Shown here piece after piece: positions 48,066-61,074 of a stretch of DNA of 64,000 nt. Each line of letters opens with the position of its first letter. The stretch's first letter is position 1. Under the pieces are notes generated by a model. It saw nothing but the letters and a program-made list of their open reading frames with translations, had not been told where the DNA came from and did not search any database. A program made the translations under genes and the position numbers. The stretch comes from Candidatus Poribacteria bacterium (GTDB taxonomy: Bacteria > Poribacteria > WGA-4E > GCA-2687025): positions 896,001 to 960,000 of the forward strand of contig OY762492.1 of assembly GCA_963665845.2 (NCBI GenBank). Reading direction: 5' to 3'.

Positions 48066-49379
48066 ATGAAACGAATGATTGCCCTTGCCGCCGCCTTGTC
48101 CATCGCGGCGGCGGCGTTCGCAGAAAATTTGACGATTGATCCGAACAAACTGAAACAGATTGCGGAGGAATCAAGCGTGATAGCCGCCTTCGAACAGAAC
48201 ATGCAAACAGACGAGCAATTTCAGACCGTCATGCGCTTCATTCTGCCGGACCCAGGCGAAGCGAAATGGCGTCAGATACCATGGACGCCCGACATCTGGG
48301 AAGGCAGAATTCGAGCCGCGCAGCAAGAAAAACCGATGTTCATCTGGGCAATGAACGGCGACCCGCTCGGCTGCGTCTGAAACAACGGCGTGACGGGCCG
48401 TGCGTCCGTCTTCTCCGACGACCGAGTCATCAAAATACTCACCGATCAATTCATCCCTGTCGCCGACAACTGCTCCTTCACGCAGATTCAAAAAGACGCC
48501 GAGGGCGAGTTCTTCCGCAAAGTTGCTGAACAGGGGCATTACGCCGGCAGAACGAAGCCGACCGGCACCCGCCAGGGTCTCTACGCCTGCGCGCCGGACG
48601 GCGAGCTGCTCGCCTCCATCAACACGACGCGCGTTGAGCATGTCCTGAGCATGCTGAACAAGGCGCTGGAAAAGTGGAACAAAAAGAACCCGACGGCGGA
48701 TGTTCCCGCCTCCTATGAAAAGGACAAGTATTTCAACCGCTCCTTCCCTGAAGGCGCGCTCATCCTGCGCGAAACGATGCGCGACATCCCGCGCAAAGAC
48801 AAAAGCGGCGATGAAATCCAGACCTGGAAGCACAACTTTGACCATCTCTGGATACGGAAAGAGGAGGCGCAGGCGCTGATTCCCGACAACCCAAAGGCGG
48901 GCATGGAATATGAGGCGCCGAAGGAGCTGGTACGCCGCATCGCGCAGTACCATCTGGTTGATCATGTTCGGGGCGAGGCGCCGCCTTGGCATGACAAGCA
49001 TCTCCAAAAGGCGGGGTTGACGCTGCGCGTTGAATCCGTGGACGAAAACGCCGTGACGATACGTCTCGACGGGCATGCGTTTCTCGAAGCGGAGCCGTCG
49101 GGGCAGACGAACCCGTATTCAGGCTTCAAGATCGACATGAAACGCGGCATGGACGCCAAGATCAAAGGCGTCATCCGCTACAACCGAAAGACGAACGCCT
49201 TTGAGCAGTTCGACATGGTCGCCGCCGCTTCCCGATGGGGCGCGACGACGTACAACTTCCGGCAGAACGACCTCGGCCCCGCTCCGATCGGCTTCGCCTT
49301 TGAGCTGATACCGAGCGAGCCGAGAAATCAGACACCGCCGAAGTTCCTTTTGGGATCCTACTTTAGAAACGGCAATTGA
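48066..49379 (+). CDS. Putative exported selenoprotein with thioredoxin-like CxU motif (UGA at 48378-48380 read as Sec), 437 aa
   Basis: ORFs 48066-48380 and 48390-49379 share a frame; ...MNGDPLGCV-UGA-NNGVTGRASVFSD...; SECIS-like hairpin at 48392-48410; signal peptide. Confidence 0.78.
48392..48410 (+). promoter_or_regulatory. Candidate bacterial SECIS element
   Basis: GACGGGC-CGTGC-GTCCGTC stem-loop starting 11 nt after the UGA, with GU in the loop. Confidence 0.6.
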
Positions 49380-49402
49380 AACGCCCTGATGTCATGCATA
49401 TC

Positions 49403-49482
49403 GTCATTCCCGCGTAAGCGGGAATCCAGAGTCCTGCAGAAGACGTCCGCGTACCCATGCCGACATGCTGAAACTAAAGCCT
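49403..49482. repeat. REP palindrome plus degenerate MITE right half
   Basis: GTCATTCCCGCGTAAGCGGGAATCCAGAGTCCTGC...AACTAAAGCC. Confidence 0.7.
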
Positions 49483-49485
49483 CTC

Positions 49486-49521
49486 GCGGCCGGGGAGATG
49501 GATCTCCCCGGCCGTTTCTTT
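49486..49521. terminator. Intrinsic terminator between the selenoprotein gene and ilvC
   Basis: GCGGCCGGGGAGAT-GG-ATCTCCCCGGCCGT followed by TTCTTT. Confidence 0.7.
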
Positions 49522-49525
49522 CAGG

Positions 49526-52712
<3,187 letters not shown>

Positions 52713-52733
52713 ATCTGATTCCTTCCGGTCGTT

Positions 52734-53942
52734 TTAAAAAATGCGTTTGACGCGCCGTTTTTTCGCTGTCCACAACACAGCGCGGATCGCATCCTCGGCG
52801 TCGTTTTCGTCCATGCCCGGCCAAAGCGGTATGCTCAAAACGCGCTCATAAAGCCGCTCGGCGTTCGGAAAGTCGTCCTGCGCCGACCGGCAGCTCTTGC
52901 GGTAATGCGTAAAGCGGTGGAGCGGGATGTAATGTACGGCGGTTCCAATGTTCAGCGCCTCCAGCTCGGCGGCGAAGGCGTCTCGGCTCACCGACAGCCG
53001 ATCCAGGTTCAACTTCAGTATATAAAGGTGCCACGCATGCCGTCCGTTGTCGGGTTCAGGCGGCGTCTCCAGCGCGTCCGCGTCCGCGAAAGCGTCCTGA
53101 TACATCCGCGCGATGCGCCGCCGTATCTCCATCTGCCGCTCCAGTTTCTCCAGCTGCGCCAGCCCGACCGCCGCCTGAATGTCGGTCATGTTGCACTTAT
53201 ACCCTTGCGCCGTCACATCATACGCCATGGCGGGTTGCTCGGCGTTGGCGCCGCTTTGGTCCGCCTCGCGCGTCCAAGCGTCCCGCGTGATCGCATGATA
53301 GCGGATGGCGCGGACGCCGTCGGCGAGCCGGCGGTCGTTCGTTGTCAACATGCCGCCCTCAATGGAAGTGATATGCTTCGTCGGGTAAAAGCTGAAGGCG
53401 GACGCATGCCCGACCCCGCCGATGCGCTTGCCGTTGTGTTCAGCGGCGACCGCATGCGCGGCGTCGTCCAGCAGGAGAAGATCATGCGCGTCGGCAATCT
53501 GTTGAAGGGCGGTCATATCGCATGGGTAGCCGGCGAGATGAACGGGTATAACCGCCTTCGTTTTTGGGTTAAGGGCGGCTTCAACCGTTTCAGGATCGAC
53601 ATTCAGCGTCGTCGGGTTCACGTCTAAGAAGCGAACCTCCGCCCCGGCGTGTAAAACGGCTTCGGCGGTGGCGGTGAAGGTGTAGACGGGAACAAGGACA
53701 TTGCCGCCCCGCCCGACGCCCGCGGCGACCAGCGCCAGATGCAGCGCGGCGGTGCATGAGTTGACGGCGACCGCTTCATCGGCGCCGACCGTTTCGGCGA
53801 AGCGCCGCTCAAAATCGCCCGTTTTTTGTCCGGTTCCGATCCACCCTGAACGGAAAGTTTCGGCGACCGCGTCAATCTCTTCAGAGCCTGTCCATGGCCG
53901 GTACAGATGCAGTTTTTCAGCCCGTTTGGGCGGCGGATTCAT
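52734..53942 (-). CDS. DegT/DnrJ/EryC1/StrS family sugar aminotransferase
   Basis: NSCTAALHLAL, IPVHLAG, DDAAHA, FSFYPTKHIT..EGG. Confidence 0.93.
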   Translation of the reverse strand: MNPPPKRAEKLHLYRPWTGSEEIDAVAETFRSGWIGTGQKTGDFERRFAETVGADEAVAVNSCTAALHLALVAAGVGRGGNVLVPVYTFTATAEAVLHAGAEVRFLDVNPTTLNVDPETVEAALNPKTKAVIPVHLAGYPCDMTALQQIADAHDLLLLDDAAHAVAAEHNGKRIGGVGHASAFSFYPTKHITSIEGGMLTTNDRRLADGVRAIRYHAITRDAWTREADQSGANAEQPAMAYDVTAQGYKCNMTDIQAAVGLAQLEKLERQMEIRRRIARMYQDAFADADALETPPEPDNGRHAWHLYILKLNLDRLSVSRDAFAAELEALNIGTAVHYIPLHRFTHYRKSCRSAQDDFPNAERLYERVLSIPLWPGMDENDAEDAIRAVLWTAKKRRVKRIF

Positions 53943-54025
53943 GGAAGCCTCTCATCGCCGATTTCACACGCTGCATATGATGCCGCATGCGGCGGCGGAC
54001 GGCAACATTGTCGACGCCGCCGGTC

Positions 54026-54061
54026 GTCATTCCCGCCTCTGCGGTAAAACGCGCGGGAATC
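54026..54061. repeat. REP variant with enlarged loop
   Basis: GTCATTCCCGC-CTCTGCGGTAAAACGC-GCGGGAATC. Confidence 0.6.
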
Positions 54062-54132
54062 TTAGGCGCCGTTTCTGTTGGCATAAAAATTGCTTACTTC
54101 TTTTTACGAACAAGGCGATTGGAGGGCGGCGG

Positions 54133-56403
54133 ATGAGATCAACGGCAATTTTGATGAGCGCATCGGCGCTGTTTTTTGCGGTTTCGGCAAGCGGCGTCGA
54201 TGTTCAAATGTATGAGGACGCGATCGATCTGTCGCGCAGAACGGGCAACTGGGGTACCGTTTATGCAGCCGCCTTTTCTCCCGACGGCAAGACGCTCGCG
54301 ACAGGCGGCATAGACGACTCGCTTGTGTTATGGGATGTTGACACAGGGCGCGCCCTGCGCCGTACCGTCGGACATGATCGGTCCATTAATGCGCTTGCGT
54401 ATTCGTCCGACGGCGCGCAGCTCGCTTCCGGCGACTACGGGGGAACCATTCATATATGGAACGTGAAAACGGGCGCGCTGAAAACGACAATCGATGAACA
54501 AACGGAAGTGATTCGCTCGCTGGCGTTTCTGCCGGACGGCAAGACGCTTCTCAGCTCCGGCAACGGCGTATGGCATTGGGATGCCGAAACGGGGGAGCTG
54601 ATCAAACAGCTGGGCGAAGGTTCCAAAACGTACACCGCAATGACGTTATCGTCCGATGGACAAATTGCCGCCGGCGCTGTGGACGAGTTCGGAAGCGCGA
54701 ACGACGCGGTCGTATTGATAGAAGTCGACACCGGCGCGTTGATGAAACAGCCATGGCGCGTCAGCTACATCCGGTCGCTCTCTTTTTCTCCCGACCGCAG
54801 ACGGCTTGCCGCCGCCGGCATCAGAGAAATAATGGTATGGGATGTGGAAACGGGCGAGAAGATCTACTCCATTGAGGACGATGCTTCCGCGTCCCAAATT
54901 CATTTTTTGCCGGACGGAGAACGGCTTGCTGTCTTGAGAAGCGCAACCTTTTGGATTTACAATCTCAAAACGGGGGAGCGCGTCCAGATCGCGTCCAGAT
55001 CGACCGTCTGGCCCGACATAGCGGTGTCGCTGGACGGAGAAAGAGCCGCGTTCCCCTTGGCAGGCGGCGCCGTCCAGGTATGGAACCTGAACGGCGGGAA
55101 CCTGCATTCAACGTTTGGCGGCGAAAACACTGGCGCGATCTATTCAGCCGCCTTTTCGCGCGACAGCAAAACGCTCGCCGTCGGCTCGGTCGACGGCGCC
55201 GTCCGCCTGTGGGATGTCCCGACGCTGCGCTTCCTGCACAAGCTCTGGATGGCTCCGTATTCTTATCAATACATCCAATCGGTCAGCTTTTCTAGAGACG
55301 GGAAAACAGTTCTCGGCGCCAATTTCGTGGACATCGCGCTGTGGGATGTGCAGACGGGTCAGTTCAAAAGAGCGCTCGGAGACGAATATAATCGCCAAAA
55401 CAGAAACACCAACCCTGCCGTCTATTCGCCGGACGGAGAAACGATCGCAAGCATACGGTATGAGTACAGAAACCGAAACGGCGTCTCGATCATTGAACTG
55501 CGAGACGCCGGCGCCGGCGAATCGGCCAAAGAGATCGTTATCGGAAAAGGATGGTATTCACAGTCGTTCATGTCCTATTCGCCCGACGGGCGGACGATTG
55601 CGCTGGCAGGCTCGCTGTTTTTCAATGTTGAAACGGGTCGGCTCCGAGCGACCGTCACGCATCATTCCTCCGCCTATAGCTTCGCTTATTCGCCGGACGG
55701 CGGAACCTTCGCTGTCGGGCATAGAGACGGAACCGTCACGTTCTGGAACGCGCAGACCTACAAGCGGATACGAAAGATTCTGTCGCAACCGATCACTGAC
55801 CGGACACCCCTTTATGCCCGCTATGTCGATGCAGTCGCGTATTCGCCGGACGGTCGGACGCTTGCCAGCGGCGGCGTTGACGGGCAGGTACGACTCTGGC
55901 AGGCTGAAACAGGCGAGCTGAAAGCCGTTTTGAAAGGGCATACCGGCGGAATCGACGCGCTCGCGTATTCGCCGGACGGGCGTTATCTTGTCAGCGGCTG
56001 CTCTGACGGTTTCCTTCTGCTCTGGAACGCGCGCCGAGGCGAGCAAACGCCGATTCAATGGGCGGACATACGCCTCCCAGAAAAAGCGGCGGAAGACGCA
56101 AACGCGCCCGCGGCCCCTGCCCTCCTGCAGAATTACCCAAACCCGTTCAACCCTGAAACGTGGATCCCCTTCGACCTGGCGGAAACCTCCCGCGTCCGCA
56201 TCGCCATTTACAACGGCGCGGGCGAACTGATCCGCGCGTTAGACCTTGGAACGCTGCCGGCGGGCTACTACCGAAGCCGACAAAAAGCGGCTTACTGGGA
56301 CGGACGCAACGACCTCGGCGAACGCGCTGCCAGCGGCGTCTACTTTGCGCGCATAGAGGCGGGGTCGTTCACGGCGGTTCGGCGCATGGTTCTGTTGAAA
56401 TAG
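54133..56403 (+). CDS. Secreted WD40-repeat protein with C-terminal T9SS-type/FlgD-Ig domain, copy 1
   Basis: Signal peptide MRSTAILMSASALFFAVSASG; many SPDG..WD repeats; LLQNYPNPFNPETWIPF...YWDGRN...ASGVYF...RRMVLLK. Confidence 0.9.
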   Translation: MRSTAILMSASALFFAVSASGVDVQMYEDAIDLSRRTGNWGTVYAAAFSPDGKTLATGGIDDSLVLWDVDTGRALRRTVGHDRSINALAYSSDGAQLASGDYGGTIHIWNVKTGALKTTIDEQTEVIRSLAFLPDGKTLLSSGNGVWHWDAETGELIKQLGEGSKTYTAMTLSSDGQIAAGAVDEFGSANDAVVLIEVDTGALMKQPWRVSYIRSLSFSPDRRRLAAAGIREIMVWDVETGEKIYSIEDDASASQIHFLPDGERLAVLRSATFWIYNLKTGERVQIASRSTVWPDIAVSLDGERAAFPLAGGAVQVWNLNGGNLHSTFGGENTGAIYSAAFSRDSKTLAVGSVDGAVRLWDVPTLRFLHKLWMAPYSYQYIQSVSFSRDGKTVLGANFVDIALWDVQTGQFKRALGDEYNRQNRNTNPAVYSPDGETIASIRYEYRNRNGVSIIELRDAGAGESAKEIVIGKGWYSQSFMSYSPDGRTIALAGSLFFNVETGRLRATVTHHSSAYSFAYSPDGGTFAVGHRDGTVTFWNAQTYKRIRKILSQPITDRTPLYARYVDAVAYSPDGRTLASGGVDGQVRLWQAETGELKAVLKGHTGGIDALAYSPDGRYLVSGCSDGFLLLWNARRGEQTPIQWADIRLPEKAAEDANAPAAPALLQNYPNPFNPETWIPFDLAETSRVRIAIYNGAGELIRALDLGTLPAGYYRSRQKAAYWDGRNDLGERAASGVYFARIEAGSFTAVRRMVLLK

Positions 56404-56471
56404 GAGGCGCGCGGCGTTGGCATAAAATTTGCTTCTATCTTCTGCAGATGAGGCTGCTGAAAGGATACGTT

Positions 56472-58757
56472 ATGAAAGCGACAGCATTTTTGATGAGCGC
56501 ATCGGCGCTGTTTTTTGCGTCTTCGGCGAAGGGCGTAGATGTTCAGATGTACGAGGACGCGATCGATCTGTCGCGCACGACGGGCAACTGCGGAACCGTT
56601 TCTCCAGCCGCCTTTTCTCCAGACGGCAAGACGCTCGCGGCCGTCGACTTAAACGATACGGTTGTGTTCTGGGAGGTTGATACAGGGCGCGTCCTGGGCC
56701 GTATCGGCGGACGCGCTCGGTCCATGGATGCGATCGCGTATTCGCGCGACGGGACGCAGCTTGCTTTCGGCTACTACGGGGGAGATATTCATATTTGGGA
56801 TGTGGAAACAGGCGCGCTGAAAACGGAGATCGATGAACAAACGGAACCGGTTCGCTCGCTGGCGTTTCTGCCGGACGGCAAGACGCTTCTCAGCGCCGGC
56901 AGAGGCATACGGCATTGGGACGCCGAGACGGGGGAGCTGATCAAGCAGCTTGACGAAAGTACCAAAACGTACACCGCAATGACGTTATCGTCCGATGGAC
57001 AAATTGCGGCCGCCGCTGTGAACAAGTACAGAAACGCGGACGGCGTCGTATTGAGAGAGGTTGATTTGAGAGAGGTTGACACCGGCGCGTTGGTGAAACA
57101 GTTTGTTCATTCATGGCGCGTCGGCTCCATCCGCTCGCTCTCTTTTTCTCCCGACCGCAGACGGCTTGCCGCCGGCGGCTCCGGAGGAATGATGATATGG
57201 GATCTGGAAACGGGCGAGACAATCTACGCCCATGAGGAAGGCAACTACGATACCGCGTTCAAAGTTCATTTTTTGCCGGACGGAGAACGGCTTGTTGTCC
57301 TGGCAGGCTCAGCCTTATGGGTCTACAATCTCAAAAGGGGGGAGCGGGTCCGGATCGCATCCAGATCGATCGCATCGCCCGCTGTAGCGGTGTCGCCGGA
57401 CGGAGAAAGAGCCGCGTTCGCCTTGGGAGGCGGCGGCGTCCAGATCTGGGACCTGAACAGCAGGAACCTGCATTCAACGTTTGGCGGCGAAAACACTGGC
57501 GCGATCTATTCAGCCGCCTTTTCGCCCGACAGCAAGACGCTCGCTGTCGGCTCCAGAGACGGGGGCGTCCGCCTATGGGATGTCCCGACGCGGCGCTTCC
57601 TGCACAAGTTCTGGCAGGCTCCGTACTCATACTACAGTATCGAATCGGTCGACTTTTCGAAAGACGGAAAAACGGTTCTTGGCGCCAACCATGTCGACAT
57701 CGCCCTGTGGGATGTGGAGACGGGGCAGTTCAAAAGGGCGCTCGGAGACGAAATCGGCCGTCTCTTTAGAAACACAACTCCAGCCGTCTATTCGCCGGAC
57801 GGAAAAACAATCGCAAGCATTCGATATGAACATAGAGACGGCATCCTCTTCCCAATCATTGAGCTGCGGGACGCTGAGACGGGGCAAGCGACCCAGAAGA
57901 TTGCGGTCGGCAGGGGTGTGCCTTGGCTGGCGTTCATGGACTATTCGCCCGACGGGCGGACGATTGCGTTAAAAGGCTCGCTGTTTTTCAATGTTGAAAC
58001 GGGGCGGCTCCGAGCGACCGTCACGCATCATTCCGACCCCTTCTGCTTCGCCTATTCGCCGGACGGAAAAACCTTCGCTGTCGGACATAGGGACGGAACC
58101 GTCACCTTCTGGAACGCGCAAACGTACAAGCGGATCCGGACGATCCAGGCGCAACCTAGAGCTGACCAGACGCCCCGTTATCACCCTTATGTCAATACGA
58201 TTGCATATTCGCCGAACGGACGGACGCTAGCCAGCGGCGGCGTCGACGGGATGGTTCGGCTCTGGCGGACAGACAATTGGGCGTTGAAAGCGGTGTTGAA
58301 AGGGGATGCGAGATGGGTCGGCGTCCTTGCTTATTCGCCGAACGGGCGTTATCTCGTCAGCGGCTCCTACGACGGAACCTTGCTGCTCTGGAACGCGCGC
58401 CTAGGCGAGCAGACGCCGATTCAATGGGCGGACATACGCCTCCCAGAAGACGCAAACGCGCCCGCGGCCCCTGCCCTCCTGCAAAATTACCCAAACCCGT
58501 TCAACCCTGAAACATGGATCCCCTTCGACCTGGCGAAAACCTCCACCGTCCGCATTTTCATCTACAACGGCGCGGGCGAACTGATACGCAAATTAGACCT
58601 GGGAACGCTGCCGGCGGGCTACTACCGAAGCCGACAGAAAGCGGCTTACTGGGACGGACGCAACGACCTCGGCGAACGGGCGGCAAGCGGGATCTACTTT
58701 GCGCGCATAGAGGCGGGATCGTTCACGGCGGTTCGTCGCATGGTTCTGTTGAAATAG
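56472..58757 (+). CDS. Secreted WD40-repeat protein with C-terminal T9SS-type domain, copy 2
   Basis: ATG after GAAAGGA; same architecture as copy 1. Confidence 0.9.
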   Translation: MKATAFLMSASALFFASSAKGVDVQMYEDAIDLSRTTGNCGTVSPAAFSPDGKTLAAVDLNDTVVFWEVDTGRVLGRIGGRARSMDAIAYSRDGTQLAFGYYGGDIHIWDVETGALKTEIDEQTEPVRSLAFLPDGKTLLSAGRGIRHWDAETGELIKQLDESTKTYTAMTLSSDGQIAAAAVNKYRNADGVVLREVDLREVDTGALVKQFVHSWRVGSIRSLSFSPDRRRLAAGGSGGMMIWDLETGETIYAHEEGNYDTAFKVHFLPDGERLVVLAGSALWVYNLKRGERVRIASRSIASPAVAVSPDGERAAFALGGGGVQIWDLNSRNLHSTFGGENTGAIYSAAFSPDSKTLAVGSRDGGVRLWDVPTRRFLHKFWQAPYSYYSIESVDFSKDGKTVLGANHVDIALWDVETGQFKRALGDEIGRLFRNTTPAVYSPDGKTIASIRYEHRDGILFPIIELRDAETGQATQKIAVGRGVPWLAFMDYSPDGRTIALKGSLFFNVETGRLRATVTHHSDPFCFAYSPDGKTFAVGHRDGTVTFWNAQTYKRIRTIQAQPRADQTPRYHPYVNTIAYSPNGRTLASGGVDGMVRLWRTDNWALKAVLKGDARWVGVLAYSPNGRYLVSGSYDGTLLLWNARLGEQTPIQWADIRLPEDANAPAAPALLQNYPNPFNPETWIPFDLAKTSTVRIFIYNGAGELIRKLDLGTLPAGYYRSRQKAAYWDGRNDLGERAASGIYFARIEAGSFTAVRRMVLLK

Positions 58758-58825
58758 GAGGCGCGCGGCGTTGGCATAAAATTTGCGTCTATCTTCTGCA
58801 GATGAGGCTGCTGAAAGGATATGTT

Positions 58826-61054
58826 ATGAAAGCGACAGCATTTTTGATGAGCGCATCGGCGCTGTTTTTTGCGGTTTCGGCGTCGGGCGTAGATGTTCAG
58901 GTGTACGAGGACGCGATTGATCTGTCGCGCACGACGGGCAACTGGGGAACCGTTTATGCAGCCGCCTTTTCTCCCGACGGCAAGACGCTCGCGACAGGCG
59001 GCATAGACGACTCACTTGTGTTATGGGATGTTGACACAGGGCGCGCCCTGCGCCGTACCGCCGAACATGATCGGTCCATTAATGCGCTTGCGTATTCGTC
59101 CGACGGCGCGCAGCTCGCTTCCGGCGACTACGGGGGAACCATTCATATATGGGATGTTGAAACGGGCGCGCTGAAAACGACGATCGATGAACAAACGGAA
59201 GCGATTCGCTTGCTGGCGTTTCTGCCGGACGGCAAGACGCTTCTCAGCTCCTCCGGCAACGGCGCATTTCATTGGAACGCCGAGACGGGGGAACTGATCA
59301 AGCGGCTTGGCGAAGGTTCCAAAACGTACACCGAAATGACGTTATCGTCCGATGGACAAATCGCCGCCGCCGCTATAGAAGAGTTCGGAAGCGCGAACGA
59401 CGCGGTCGTATTGATCGATGTCGACACCGGCGCGTTGATGAAACAGTCATGGCGCGTCAGCTACATCCGGTCGCTTTCTTTTTCTCCCGACCGCAGACAG
59501 CTTGCCGCCGCCGGCTTCAAAGAAATAATGGTATGGGATGTGGAAACGGGCGAGAAGATCTACTCCATTGAGGACGATGCTTCCGCGTCCCAAATTCATT
59601 TTTTGCCGGACGGAGAACGGCTTGCTGTCTTGAGAAGCGCAGCCTTTTGGATTTTCGATCTCAAAACGGGGGAGCGCGTCCAGATCGCGTCCAGATCGAC
59701 CGTCTGGCCCGACATAGCGGTGTCGCTGGACGGAGAAAGAGCCGCGTTCGCCTTGGCAGGCGGCGCCGTCCAGATATGGAACCTGAACGACAGAGGTCTG
59801 CATTCAACGTTTGGCGGCGAAAACACTGGCGCGATCTATTCAGCCGCCTTTTCGCGCGACAGCAAAACGCTCGCCGTCGGCTCCGAAGACGGAGGCGTCC
59901 GCCTGTGGGATGTCCCGACGCTGCGTTTTCAACAGAAGCTCTGGAAAGTTCCGTACTCATACTTTCCCGCCGAATCGGTCGACTTTTCTAAAGACGGAAA
60001 AACGGTTCTTGGCGCCAATTTCGTGGACGCCGCTTTGTGGGATGTGGAGACGGGGCAGTTCGAAAGAGCGCTCGGAGACGAATATGGCCGCGATTTTAGA
60101 AACACCAACCCTGCCGCCTATTCGCCGGACGGAGAAACGATCGCAAGCCTTCGACACGATTACAGAACCGACGTCTCGATCATTGAGCTGCGGGACGCCG
60201 ACACCGGCGAAGCGACCAAAGAGATCGTTATAGGGCAAAGATGGCATCCACAGTCGTTCATGGACTACTCGCCCGACGGACAGACGATTGCGCTGGAAGG
60301 ATCGCTGTTTTACAACGTTGAAACGGGTCGTCTCCGAGCGACCGTCACGCACCATTCCATTCCCGATTGCTTCGCCTATTCGCCGGACGGAAAAACCTTC
60401 GCTGTCGGGCATTGGGACGGAACCGTCACGGTCTGGAACGCGCTGACGTACAAACGGATCCGGACAATTCTGACGCATCTTGACGGCGTCAATGCGGTTG
60501 CGTTTTCGCCGAACGGTCGGACGCTCGCCAGCGCCGGCGTCGACGGGTTGGTTCGGCTCTGGCGGACAGATAATGGGGCGTTGAAAGCGGTTTTGAAAGG
60601 GCATACGAGAGGGGCCGGCGCCCTTGCTTATTCGCCGGACGGGCGTTATCTCGTCAGCGGCTCCTACGACGGAACCTTGCTGCTCTGGAACGCGCGCCTA
60701 GGCGAGCAGACGCCGATTCAATGGGCGGACATACGCCTCCCAGAAAACGCAAACGCGCCCGCGGCCCCTGCTCTCTTGCAGAATTACCCAAACCCGTTCA
60801 ACCCTGAAACGTGGATCCCCTTCGACCTGGCGGAAACCTCCCGCGTCCGCATTTCCATCTACAACGGCGCGGGCAAGCTGATCCGCGCGTTAGACCTGGG
60901 GACGCTGCCGGCGGGCTACTACCGAAGCCGACAAAAAGCGGCTTACTGGGACGGACGCAACGCCCTCGGCGAACGCGCTGCCAGCGGGATCTACTTTGCG
61001 CGCATTCAAACCGATTCGTTCACGGCGCAGCGGCGCATGCTTCTTTTGAAATAA
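58826..61054 (+). CDS. Secreted WD40-repeat protein with C-terminal T9SS-type domain, copy 3
   Basis: ATG after GAAAGGA; same architecture. Confidence 0.9.
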   Translation: MKATAFLMSASALFFAVSASGVDVQVYEDAIDLSRTTGNWGTVYAAAFSPDGKTLATGGIDDSLVLWDVDTGRALRRTAEHDRSINALAYSSDGAQLASGDYGGTIHIWDVETGALKTTIDEQTEAIRLLAFLPDGKTLLSSSGNGAFHWNAETGELIKRLGEGSKTYTEMTLSSDGQIAAAAIEEFGSANDAVVLIDVDTGALMKQSWRVSYIRSLSFSPDRRQLAAAGFKEIMVWDVETGEKIYSIEDDASASQIHFLPDGERLAVLRSAAFWIFDLKTGERVQIASRSTVWPDIAVSLDGERAAFALAGGAVQIWNLNDRGLHSTFGGENTGAIYSAAFSRDSKTLAVGSEDGGVRLWDVPTLRFQQKLWKVPYSYFPAESVDFSKDGKTVLGANFVDAALWDVETGQFERALGDEYGRDFRNTNPAAYSPDGETIASLRHDYRTDVSIIELRDADTGEATKEIVIGQRWHPQSFMDYSPDGQTIALEGSLFYNVETGRLRATVTHHSIPDCFAYSPDGKTFAVGHWDGTVTVWNALTYKRIRTILTHLDGVNAVAFSPNGRTLASAGVDGLVRLWRTDNGALKAVLKGHTRGAGALAYSPDGRYLVSGSYDGTLLLWNARLGEQTPIQWADIRLPENANAPAAPALLQNYPNPFNPETWIPFDLAETSRVRISIYNGAGKLIRALDLGTLPAGYYRSRQKAAYWDGRNALGERAASGIYFARIQTDSFTAQRRMLLLK

Positions 61055-61074
61055 GGTTGTTGAAAGGCTACGTT

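Noticed and set aside
53701-54132. 5' extension of the 900-aa ORF
   Set aside because: Overlaps the antisense degT gene and a REP; the true start is ATG 54133 after GGAGG, matching the paralog signal peptides
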